Below are positions 1 through 8,353 of a DNA stretch of 36,526 nucleotides, in pieces. Below the pieces are notes generated by a model. The model was not told where the DNA came from, searched no databases, and worked only from the letters and a program-made list of their open reading frames with translations. This DNA comes from a candidate division WOR-3 bacterium (GTDB lineage: Bacteria > Hydrothermota > Tepidihabitantia > SM23-42 > JAOAFX01). A program made the translations under genes and the position numbers. Numbering within the stretch: the first letter of the stretch is position 1; the number at the start of each line of letters is the position of its first letter. Location: the NCBI GenBank assembly GCA_039802265.1, contig JBDRWI010000018.1:1-36526 (forward strand). Reading direction: 5' to 3'.

Positions 1-102
1 AAATAAAATACACAAAGCAAGCCAGGGGCGATACTGCAAATCCCGATTTCTTTTTCGGGATGATACTGCAAACGAAGTGATACTGCGATTATCTTGTTTC
101 AT
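1..102 (-). CDS. 5' portion of a gene running off the window, translationally coupled to the upstream selenoprotein gene (MKQDNRSITSFAVSSRKRNRDLQYRPWLALCILF...)
   Basis: ATG at 102-100 overlaps the TGA stop of 99..818 (ATGA); GAGGAG lies upstream; frame is open to base 1 and ends in a hydrophobic, signal-peptide-like stretch. Confidence 0.5.
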   Translation of the reverse strand, partial: MKQDNRSITSFAVSSRKRNRDLQYRPWLALCILF

Positions 103-818
103 TTTTTCTCCTCAAATTTTGTTGATATTGTTTGCATTATTTCTTTTGTATCCATATTTTGAATAAAAACGGTTGCCCGCAATTTTGAAGCAGGAATGTT
201 ATGGTTGAATTCAAAGTGCTGGGTAAGGCTGTCCGGATACTCAAGGTCTACAGGAAATTCGTATAATGCCCGACATACCCGATAAAGTGTTGTGTAGGCA
301 CCCGGCAGGCTATCTTCAGTAACAGCAATAAATCCCTTTATCTGCCCCTGTGGGATTGTATCTGCGGCGACTATCTTTAAATTAAAAAAGGCATTAGATG
401 GCTCGGTAAATGCGCTGTCAATGCTGAGGTTATAATAAGGTATCTTTGTCCGTGCGATTTGGTAATGTTCCCTGTAAACACCAACATATTTTTCTGGCAT
501 CGGTTCGAATACTGCATCATCTCCATCAAAGACGACAAAGGGGACATTAAATCCAGTATTATAAAAATCCTTACGCTCTTGTGCCTTTGGTATCATATAT
601 GGTCCATGAATATGATAACAGACAACGACCAAGGTATCTCCTGTATTATTCGCCACGCTATCAATCAATGCCCGCTCCGCGAGCATACAGAAACCTCAGC
701 CATCCTCAGTAAATAACTCCGCCAGAACAATCCGCGCTGTCGGTTTAGGGAATTTGATTTTTGGTGCATCCGAACATAAAACAACAAATAATATTGGAAT
801 CAAGACAGTCTTTTTCAT
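99..818 (-). CDS. Omp28-related thioredoxin-fold exported protein/lipoprotein; probable selenoprotein (Sec at TGA 698-696, UxxC motif), 239 aa
   Basis: ORFs 696..1019 and 99..686 are in the same frame and are joined by TGA-GGT-TTC-TGT, giving VLAELFTEDG-U-GFC-MLAERAL, which matches the Omp28/Trx ExFTxxxCxxC motif. Signal peptide MKKTVLIPILFVVLC starts at ATG 818. Omp28-like YH, PFVVFDG and VFIQN motifs follow. Confidence 0.8.
668..686 (-). promoter_or_regulatory. Candidate bacterial SECIS element
   Basis: ATGCTCGC-GGA-GCGGGCAT forms an 8-bp stem (one G-U) with a G-first apical loop; 9 nt separate the in-frame UGA from the stem and 17 nt separate it from the loop. Confidence 0.7.
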
Positions 819-825
819 AGCCAGA

Positions 826-853
826 ATTATATTCAAAATAGGATTTAAGTCAA
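826..853 (-). promoter_or_regulatory. sigma70 promoter for the selenoprotein gene (probably leaderless mRNA)
   Basis: TTGACT-N16-TATAAT, then 7 nt to ATG 818; no SD. Confidence 0.7.
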
Positions 854-861
854 TATAAATA

Positions 862-890
862 TTGACTTTTCTCTCTCCCTCAAGTATAAT
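862..890 (+). promoter_or_regulatory. sigma70 promoter for M23 peptidase-nadA
   Basis: TTGACT-N17-TATAAT; AGGGAG SD at 895-900. Confidence 0.75.
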
Positions 891-906
891 ATCCAGGGAG
901 AACTTA

Positions 907-1779
907 TTGGAAGTTATCTTATTTTCAGAAAAAAAGAATAGGGTGGTAAATCTCGTCATAAGGCAGGGCGTAATTTTTCTTGGCCTTTTGTTGGTCTTTG
1001 CCATTATAATTTTATTCATCTATGGAATATTCAAATTTACCGCCCGTGAAATTGACCAGAACCGATTAGACCAATTAACCAGAGAAAATATAACTATCGC
1101 AAGGGAAATTGTCCGGGTTGAAAAAAAAATTGATTCCTTCGGGGTATTAATTGATAGTATAAAAAAAGAAGAACAAAAAGACATTAAATCCTTTGTAATG
1201 CTTGAACCTCTGAATAAAATTTTAGCGGGTGGTAATGATACACTGATTCCGAAAAAAACCGATGATAAAAATGTCGCACAGATTTCAAGGGAACTTAACC
1301 TTATCTCAATTAGGGCGGAAAGGGTAAAAAAAGACTTTGAAACTGTTTTGCAATCACTAAAAGAAAAGGAAAATCTAAGATACCGTATCCCTTCAATCGC
1401 GCCAGTTCAAGGCTGGTTTCTTGCTGGTTTTGGTTATAGAGTTGACCCTTTCACTCAGAGCGTAAAGATGCATGAGGGTATAGATATCGGAGCACCTATT
1501 GGAACACCCGTTGTCGCCCCGGCTGATGGGATGGTTATTTCTGTTGAAAATAGATTTGGCTTTGGACTGACAATTACCATTGACCACGGTTATGGGTATT
1601 CTACACTCTATGCCCATCTTCAAAAGGCAAATGTCGAATCAGGTGAGATGGTAAAACGAGGGGATATTATTGGTTTTGTGGGCGATAGCGGCAAGAGCAC
1701 GGGTCCCCACCTCCATTATGAAATCAGAATATCCGGAATTCCGGTTGACCCAATAGATTATATATTACCAGGAGACTGA
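907..1779 (+). CDS. M23 family metallopeptidase with N-terminal TM helix and coiled coil
   Basis: HEGIDIG (HxxxD), YAHL and STGPHLHYE (HxH) motifs. Start moved to TTG 907 because the TTG at 862 is the -35 box and an SD precedes 907. Confidence 0.9.
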   Translation: MEVILFSEKKNRVVNLVIRQGVIFLGLLLVFAIIILFIYGIFKFTAREIDQNRLDQLTRENITIAREIVRVEKKIDSFGVLIDSIKKEEQKDIKSFVMLEPLNKILAGGNDTLIPKKTDDKNVAQISRELNLISIRAERVKKDFETVLQSLKEKENLRYRIPSIAPVQGWFLAGFGYRVDPFTQSVKMHEGIDIGAPIGTPVVAPADGMVISVENRFGFGLTITIDHGYGYSTLYAHLQKANVESGEMVKRGDIIGFVGDSGKSTGPHLHYEIRISGIPVDPIDYILPGD

Positions 1780-1788
1780 ATTTTAAAA

Positions 1789-2694
1789 ATGAAGGATATT
1801 ATTGAAAGAATAGGCGTGTTAAAAAAGAAGAAGAAAGCCGTGATTTTAGCGCATAATTATCAACTGCCCGAGGTCCAGGATATTGCAGACTTCGTTGGTG
1901 ATTCTTTAGAACTGGCAAGGACTTCTCATAGCATTCCGGCCGAGATGATTATATTCTGCGGTGTCCATTTTATGGCCGAAACCGCCAAGATATTCAATCC
2001 GGACAAAAAGGTCCTGATGCCCGATCCGCATGCCAGCTGTCCTATGGCAAATATGATAAGTTTGGAAAAGTTATTGAAGGAAAAAGAAAAATATCCGGAT
2101 GCTACAGTAGTAACATACATAAATTCAACCGCCGAGGTTAAGGCATATTCTGACATCTGTTGCACTTCAGCAAATGGTGTTAAAGTTGCGAAGTCTGTCG
2201 TAAATAATGAAATCTTATTTGTTCCGGATAAATATCTTGGCTCTTTTGTTGCCAAAAGTGTTCCGGAAAAAATTTTTCATTTATATAACGGCTACTGCCC
2301 TACTCACATGCTCTTCAGTCGTGAAGGAATCCTAAAATTGAAAGAAGGACATCCCCGGGCAAAGGTGCTCGTCCATCCCGAATGCAGGCTGGAAGTTCAG
2401 GAAATTGCCGATGCAGTATGTTCTACATCCCAGATGTTGTACTATGTAAAAGATTCCCCAGCCGAAGAGTTCATCATCTGCACCGAAATCGGAATTCTCC
2501 ACCGCTTAAAAAAAGAAAACCCCGAAAAGGAATTTATCCCGGGCAATCCCTATGCCCTATGTCCCAATATGAAGCTGACAACCCTTGAAAAGATCCTCTG
2601 GTCTCTGGAGGATATGAAATTTGAAATAACCGTAGATGAAGAGACAAGAAAAAGGGCATTTACCGCCATAGAAAGAATGATTGCAATAAGATAA
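1789..2694 (+). CDS. nadA: Quinolinate synthase NadA
   Basis: ILAHNYQ, GDSLEL, FCGVHFMAE, YINS, CCTS, HPEC and CPNMK motifs. Confidence 0.97.
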   Translation: MKDIIERIGVLKKKKKAVILAHNYQLPEVQDIADFVGDSLELARTSHSIPAEMIIFCGVHFMAETAKIFNPDKKVLMPDPHASCPMANMISLEKLLKEKEKYPDATVVTYINSTAEVKAYSDICCTSANGVKVAKSVVNNEILFVPDKYLGSFVAKSVPEKIFHLYNGYCPTHMLFSREGILKLKEGHPRAKVLVHPECRLEVQEIADAVCSTSQMLYYVKDSPAEEFIICTEIGILHRLKKENPEKEFIPGNPYALCPNMKLTTLEKILWSLEDMKFEITVDEETRKRAFTAIERMIAIR

Positions 2695-2755
2695 ATTCGG
2701 CCTTAAGGCAGAATCCATGGGCATCAAAGTAAAAATCCTTTTACCGCAAAAATCC

Positions 2756-2783
2756 TTGACTTTTGACATAGATTGGGTATAAT
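2756..2783 (+). promoter_or_regulatory. sigma70 promoter upstream of the oxidoreductase operon
   Basis: TTGACT-N16-TATAAT. Confidence 0.7.
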
Positions 2784-3052
2784 CCATTGCTTAACAGCTC
2801 TGTAGGGCAATGTAAGGTCTTTTTTGTGGAGCTGATGGCAAAGTTAAAAGAGGCAATGTCGCAATGTCATTCTTTGTTTCGTTCAGAATGACAAAAATAG
2901 GTTATGGCATAGCCTCTAATGGATAGAGCGCACTTGTGTGGTTTTAAAATATTTATTTTTAAACCACAAGTGATGGCAATTATTAAAATTTATGAAAAAT
3001 TGGAGTATCTGGCGAAAAAGATGCTCTACAAAAATTCTACGGGGGAGGTTTA

Positions 3053-3262
3053 ATGCCTGAGGTCAAGATTTTGGAAGAAGTATGTAAGGGATGTGGATTG
3101 TGTTGTGATAATGTCTGTCCCGTAAATATTTTAAGACTTGCCCCGGACCGTATCAACTCCAGCGGCTACCACCCGGCTGAGGTGATCGATATGGCTAAAT
3201 GTAAAGGCTGTGGTTATTGCTATATGTCCTGTCCTGAACCCGCGATTGAGGTCTATAAATGA
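3053..3262 (+). CDS. 2x[4Fe-4S] ferredoxin, delta subunit of 2-oxoacid:ferredoxin oxidoreductase
   Basis: CKGCGLCCDNVCP and CKGCGYCYMSCP motifs; GGAGG SD; operon context. Confidence 0.93.
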   Translation: MPEVKILEEVCKGCGLCCDNVCPVNILRLAPDRINSSGYHPAEVIDMAKCKGCGYCYMSCPEPAIEVYK

Positions 3263-3271
3263 GGAGATACC

Positions 3272-4336
3272 ATGGCTGAAAAACAATTGATGTACGGAAA
3301 TCATGCCTTAGTTGAAGGGGTAATCCATGCTGGTTGCCGGTTTTTTGCGGGCTACCCCATTACCCCCCAGAATGAAATTCCGGAATATATGTCCATTAGA
3401 ATGAATGAGGTTGGTGGTGTGTTTTTGCAGACCGAGAGCGAACTTGCTGCAATAAATATGCTCTTCGGTGCGGCAGCAGCCGGTATCAGGGCAATGACAT
3501 CTTCATCCTCTCCTGGAATAAGTTTGATGCAGGAAGGTCTTTCTTATATCGCCGGTGCTGATGTCCCCGTCCTCGTTGCCAATATTGTGCGGGGTGGACC
3601 CGGCCTGGGGAATATTGCCCCTGCCCAATCGGATTATTTTCAGGCAACAAAAAGTGGTGGTCATGGTGACTATCATACAATCGTCCTGGCTCCGAATTCA
3701 GCCCAGGAACTTTTTGAGTTTCCAAAACTTGCCTTTGAACTTGCGGAGAAATACCGTAATCCGGCATTGATCCTTGCTGACGGTCTGCTCGGGCAGATGA
3801 TGGAACCGGTGGAGATAAAGGGTGAACCGGTAGACCCCAGGTCTTTGCCCGAACAGGATTGGTGGCTTACCGGTTGCCGGGGCAGGGAGCGCCGGGTAAT
3901 CCGTTCCTATGACTTGAGACCCGGCAAACTTGAGGAATGGAACTGGCAGAGATGGGAAAAATATCAGAAGATAATAAAAAATGAACAGCGCTATGAGGCA
4001 ATAAGATGCGATGATGCAGAGATAATAATTGTTGCCTATGGAACATCAGCCCGTGTTTGTGAGGCGGGGTTGAGAATTGCCAGGCAGCACGGTATTAAAG
4101 TTGGATTGTTGCGGCCGATCACCCTCTGGCCCTTCCCTTCCGAAATAATTGGTGAATTATCAAAGAGGATTGAAAATTTCTTGGTTGTGGAGATGAGTCT
4201 CGGACAGATGATAGAGGATGTTAAACTGGCGATTGAAGGACGTGCCCGGGTTTATTTTATCGGTCATCCGGGCGGTGGCCTGCCCAACGCCCAGGAAGTC
4301 TACAATAAAATTCTAACGATAAGGGGTGAGAAATGA
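3272..4336 (+). CDS. vorB: 2-oxoacid:ferredoxin oxidoreductase alpha-type subunit (VorB-like, 3-methyl-2-oxobutanoate dehydrogenase type)
   Basis: GYPITPQNE, ESELAA, TSSSSPGISL and RGGPGLG motifs; substrate specificity is inferred. Confidence 0.85.
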   Translation: MAEKQLMYGNHALVEGVIHAGCRFFAGYPITPQNEIPEYMSIRMNEVGGVFLQTESELAAINMLFGAAAAGIRAMTSSSSPGISLMQEGLSYIAGADVPVLVANIVRGGPGLGNIAPAQSDYFQATKSGGHGDYHTIVLAPNSAQELFEFPKLAFELAEKYRNPALILADGLLGQMMEPVEIKGEPVDPRSLPEQDWWLTGCRGRERRVIRSYDLRPGKLEEWNWQRWEKYQKIIKNEQRYEAIRCDDAEIIIVAYGTSARVCEAGLRIARQHGIKVGLLRPITLWPFPSEIIGELSKRIENFLVVEMSLGQMIEDVKLAIEGRARVYFIGHPGGGLPNAQEVYNKILTIRGEK

Positions 4337-5082
4337 AACTACTATTTGGCAGACCTGCAGGATTGACTGAGATAAAACAACGCTATTGTCCGGGTTGCGG
4401 CCATGGTATTGTTCATCGCATAATTGGTGAACTTCTGGTTGAGATGAATATAAGGGAAAGGGCGATCGGTATTGCCCCGGTGGGTTGTGCGGTATTCGCG
4501 GATGAATACTTCAACTGTGATATGATACAGGTTCCCCATGGCCGGGCACCAGCCGTGGCAACTGGAATAAAAAGGGTAAGACCTGAATGTATTGTGTTTT
4601 CATACCAGGGTGACGGTGACCTTGCGGCAATCGGTACCGCCGAGATGATTCATACGGCAGCAAGGAATGAAAATATTACAGTTATCTTTATAAATAATGC
4701 CATCTACGGTATGACCGGTGGTCAACTTGCACCAACAACATTGCCTGGTATGAGGTCCACAACATCAGTAAAGGGCAGGGATGTGGTAAAACAGGGCTAC
4801 CCAATAAAGGTGTGTGAACTGCTGAACGGGCTTGATGGTCCCTTTTATCTGGAACGGGTTGCGGTGAATACCCCAAAGAATATAATCAAGACCAAGAAGG
4901 CAATAAAGACCGGATTCCAGTACCAGATTGACAACAAGGGATTTTCGTTAATTGAGGTTCTCTCAATGTGCCCGACGGGTTGGGGGGTAACCCCGGTGCA
5001 GGCCAAAAAATGGATAGATGAGGTAATGGCAAGGTATTACCCGCTCGGTGAATTTCGCAACCGCGCAAAGGAGGTAAAATGA
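4333..5082 (+). CDS. 2-oxoacid:ferredoxin oxidoreductase beta subunit (TPP-binding)
   Basis: YCPGCGHG, HGRAPAVATG and GDGDL...NNAIYGMTGGQ motifs. Confidence 0.93.
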   Translation: MKLLFGRPAGLTEIKQRYCPGCGHGIVHRIIGELLVEMNIRERAIGIAPVGCAVFADEYFNCDMIQVPHGRAPAVATGIKRVRPECIVFSYQGDGDLAAIGTAEMIHTAARNENITVIFINNAIYGMTGGQLAPTTLPGMRSTTSVKGRDVVKQGYPIKVCELLNGLDGPFYLERVAVNTPKNIIKTKKAIKTGFQYQIDNKGFSLIEVLSMCPTGWGVTPVQAKKWIDEVMARYYPLGEFRNRAKEVK

Positions 5083-5612
5083 CCCGGGAGTTTATTATTG
5101 CTGGATTTGGTGGTCAGGGTGTTGTGTCATCAGGAATAATCCTTGCCCATGCCGGGTTATTGGAAAATCTGAATGTCACTTTCTTTCCTTCTTATGGGGC
5201 AGAGATGCGCGGGGGCACGGCAAATTGTTCGGTTGTAATCTCCGATGAAAAGATCGCCTCACCGGTGGTGGTGAATCCGGATATAGTAATAATAATGAAC
5301 GAACCTTCTTTGTTGAAGTTTGAACCACTGGTAAAACCGGGTGGTCTATTATTCTTTAACCAGACACTGATCAAGTCCAAACCAAAGAGGTCGGACATTG
5401 AGGTCATTCCCGTGGAGGCAAACCTTATAGCGGAAGAACTCGGACAGGGCAGAATTGCCAATATGGTGATGCTCGGTGCAGTTATAAAAAAGACCGGACT
5501 TTTAAAACTGGATTCCCTGAAAAAGGCGCAGCGAATAAGATTTGCCAAGGCAAGCGAAGAGCAACTGGCATTGAATGACCAGGCACTCCAGCGCGGCAGT
5601 GAGCTATTTTAA
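5079..5612 (+). CDS. 2-oxoacid:ferredoxin oxidoreductase gamma subunit
   Basis: AGFGGQG, SYGAEMRGG and NMVMLGA motifs. Confidence 0.93.
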   Translation: MTREFIIAGFGGQGVVSSGIILAHAGLLENLNVTFFPSYGAEMRGGTANCSVVISDEKIASPVVVNPDIVIIMNEPSLLKFEPLVKPGGLLFFNQTLIKSKPKRSDIEVIPVEANLIAEELGQGRIANMVMLGAVIKKTGLLKLDSLKKAQRIRFAKASEEQLALNDQALQRGSELF

Positions 5613-5932
5613 GGTATTGGAATTCCGGTGTCTTAGATTTAAACCGATTGGGCAGGATACAAACTGAGCCGAGAGTTCTATTCGCTACCCGTGGTCTTTT
5701 AGCTGGCTGAATGTAAAGGGTATCCGAACAGAGTGAGGCTATCTTGAGCGAAGATGAGCAAAGGATTTTTCCCATTTTTATTATTTTGAGGCGATACGAT
5801 TACTTCGCTGCTACATGTAAAAGGCATTGATGCATTAATATAAATGTCTATTACTGTTTATGCGACATTAAATCTATCCGGGTGCGTTTCTTAAAAAGAA
5901 AGATGCCAACCGGCAAAAAGAGGAAATAGGAT

Positions 5933-8353
5933 ATGTACGACGAAATCCTTCCCCTGGTAAAAAGGCCAATCCGCTATACCGGTGGTGAATACAATATCAT
6001 CCTAAAGGATACACCAGCAGTTAATGTCGGTATTGCCTTTCCCGATGTCTACGAGATTGGAATGTCAAATCTGGGTATTAAGATCATCTATCATCTATTC
6101 AATCAAAATCCCCTTATTCAGTGTGAAAGAATCTTTGCCCCCTGGCCTGATTTCGGTGACAGACTAATTTCCTGTCGTATTCCGCTTTATGGACTTGAGA
6201 CAAAAAGACCGATAAAAGATTTTGATTTAATTGGCTTTTCCCTCCAGTCCGAGTTAAACTACACCAATATATTTTATCTGTTAGACTGTGCCCAAATTCC
6301 AATTAAGGCTGAGGAAAGGGATAGTCACCATCCTATAATCATTGCCGGTGGACCCTGCACACTAAATCCCAATCCCTTAAGTCCGGTATTCGATGCATTT
6401 GTAATCGGTGACGGTGAAATGGTAATTCCGGAAATAGCCAGGATACTTATCAACATTCCGAAGGAGAAAAGAGAAGATAGAATAAAAGAGCTCGCCCGAT
6501 TACCCGGGGTCTGGGTTCCCCGGATTCATCATTATACTACGGTAATCAAGAAGAACAGTGTCAGCTCATTGTCCGACGATACTATACCCCTGCCTCCGAT
6601 TCTGCCGATATGCGACATAACCCATGACCGATTCACGATTGAGGTGATGAGAGGTTGTATGTGGGGATGTCGTTTCTGCCAGGCGGGTTATACCAATAGG
6701 CCTTTAAGAATCAGACCCGAACCAACAATCCTTAAGGCAGTTGAAAGGGGAATAAGAGAAACAGGCTGGGAAGAGGTATCCCTGCTTGCCTTTTCAATCC
6801 TTGACTATCCAAATCTCTTGAATCTCATCAGGAAATTAAATGAAATCACCGGAAAAAAGGGGGCTAATGTTTCATTGCCGGCAATGCGGGGTGAAATGTT
6901 CACTGCTGAACTGGCAGTTCTACTTAAGGAAATAAAGAAGACCGGATTGACCTTTGCCCCGGAAACCGGTTCAGAGAATTTAAGAAAAAAGATAAACAAA
7001 CAATTTTCCAATGAAGATTTGATTTCGTCAATCAACACTGCCTATGCCCAGGGTTGGCGGCAACTCAAACTATACTTTATGGTGGGGCTACCATTTGAAA
7101 GAGATGAGGATGTAAAGGAAATTCACCATTTGGTAAGAGAGATATTGAAGTCCTGCCCAAAAGGAAACATTAAACTGGCGATATCCTCCTTTGTCCCAAA
7201 GCCCCATACCCCATTTGAATCGGTGGAATTCTTACCCCTTGAAATCCTGAGGCACCGAATCAATATCCTTAAGGAATTAAAGCGGGGAAGGGTAATATTA
7301 AATTATCAGAGCCCGGAGGTCTCTTTTGTTGAATGTCTACTTTCTCGGGGTGATGAAAGACTATTTGCAGTCCTATCCGAAGTGTATAAACAGGGAGGAA
7401 GATTTGAACAGTGGGAGGAGAATTTTAAATTTTCCCTTTGGGAGAGGGCGTTTGAAAAAACCGGACTGGACCCCGGGAACTACTTCAAAAAGAAAGAAAG
7501 TTATCCCTGGGATTTCATTGACATCGGCGTGAAAAAGGAATTTTTAAGAGAAGAGTATCAGCGCGCGGAAAATAGCCTTACCACCGAAAATTGTTATTAT
7601 GGCAAGTGCACCAACTGCGGTGCCTGTACCGATGGGGGTATAAAATTTAAAGAAACGGAAGAGAAGTATTTAGGGCAGAAAAGAGCCATTGAAAAGAACC
7701 CGTTACACAGGTCAATTGTTTACCGGGTGAAATATTCAATCGGTGAGCCTTATCGCTATGCCTCACACCTTGATATAACAAGGACAATCTACCGGGCCCT
7801 AAGAAGAACCGACCTGCCCATCCAGTTTACTGAGGGATTTACTCCCCTGCCCAGGGTCTCTTTCGGTCCACCCAAGAGCGTGGGGCAGATTTCAAAATGT
7901 GACTACTTTGATTTTTATCTTGTCTCAGAATATTTTGGTAATATCTCACGGGAATTGAATGCCCGATTTCCCCCGGGGGTCAGGGTCCTTGAGGTCCGGG
8001 CAATGCCGGGCAATGTACCCTCCCTTTCAAGTTCAATAAATCTCATCTACTATGAAGTGAATATTCCTGAAGCAGAAATTCGCAAGCCACTGGTTTTCTT
8101 ACCGGAAAAGCCGATCTACATTCTATCAAAGTCAGAAATGAAGAATCTGTGTGAAACCGTTGAGTCAATCAGTTATAAAGATAATACCCTAATATGCGGA
8201 CTCTACTATGGTGGAAAGAATATAAACATCTATGAGCTCTGCGCCTATCTTACCGAATTGCCGCTGCAGGAGGTACGCATTTTTAAGGTAACACGGACAC
8301 TCATGTTCATAAAGAAAAATGGGTTATTGTACACACCAATGGAGGTCAGGTGA
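5933..8353 (+). CDS. TIGR03960-type radical SAM protein fused to a C-terminal TIGR03936/DUF2344-like domain
   Basis: FPDVYEIGMSNLG, RGCMWGCRFC (CxxxCxxC), FAPETG, KLYFMVGLP; C-terminal SHLDI...RALRR...FTEGFTPLP; adjacent to rne/rng, as is typical. Confidence 0.9.
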   Translation: MYDEILPLVKRPIRYTGGEYNIILKDTPAVNVGIAFPDVYEIGMSNLGIKIIYHLFNQNPLIQCERIFAPWPDFGDRLISCRIPLYGLETKRPIKDFDLIGFSLQSELNYTNIFYLLDCAQIPIKAEERDSHHPIIIAGGPCTLNPNPLSPVFDAFVIGDGEMVIPEIARILINIPKEKREDRIKELARLPGVWVPRIHHYTTVIKKNSVSSLSDDTIPLPPILPICDITHDRFTIEVMRGCMWGCRFCQAGYTNRPLRIRPEPTILKAVERGIRETGWEEVSLLAFSILDYPNLLNLIRKLNEITGKKGANVSLPAMRGEMFTAELAVLLKEIKKTGLTFAPETGSENLRKKINKQFSNEDLISSINTAYAQGWRQLKLYFMVGLPFERDEDVKEIHHLVREILKSCPKGNIKLAISSFVPKPHTPFESVEFLPLEILRHRINILKELKRGRVILNYQSPEVSFVECLLSRGDERLFAVLSEVYKQGGRFEQWEENFKFSLWERAFEKTGLDPGNYFKKKESYPWDFIDIGVKKEFLREEYQRAENSLTTENCYYGKCTNCGACTDGGIKFKETEEKYLGQKRAIEKNPLHRSIVYRVKYSIGEPYRYASHLDITRTIYRALRRTDLPIQFTEGFTPLPRVSFGPPKSVGQISKCDYFDFYLVSEYFGNISRELNARFPPGVRVLEVRAMPGNVPSLSSSINLIYYEVNIPEAEIRKPLVFLPEKPIYILSKSEMKNLCETVESISYKDNTLICGLYYGGKNINIYELCAYLTELPLQEVRIFKVTRTLMFIKKNGLLYTPMEVR

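Noticed and set aside
696..698. Genome-wide TGA reassignment (code 4 or 25)
   Set aside because: Many genes terminate at TGA at the expected family length, often in ATGA overlaps (for example 4336, 5082, 8353)
696..1019. ORF 696..1019 as an independent 107-aa gene
   Set aside because: The part upstream of 818 overlaps the M23 gene and the promoters; the remainder is the N-terminus of the selenoprotein
5613..5932. Possible 6S RNA or other ncRNA in the 320-nt intergenic gap (CTGAGCCGA; GGATAC/GTATCC)
   Set aside because: Only short stems; no long closing helix or promoter found. An Rfam scan would be needed
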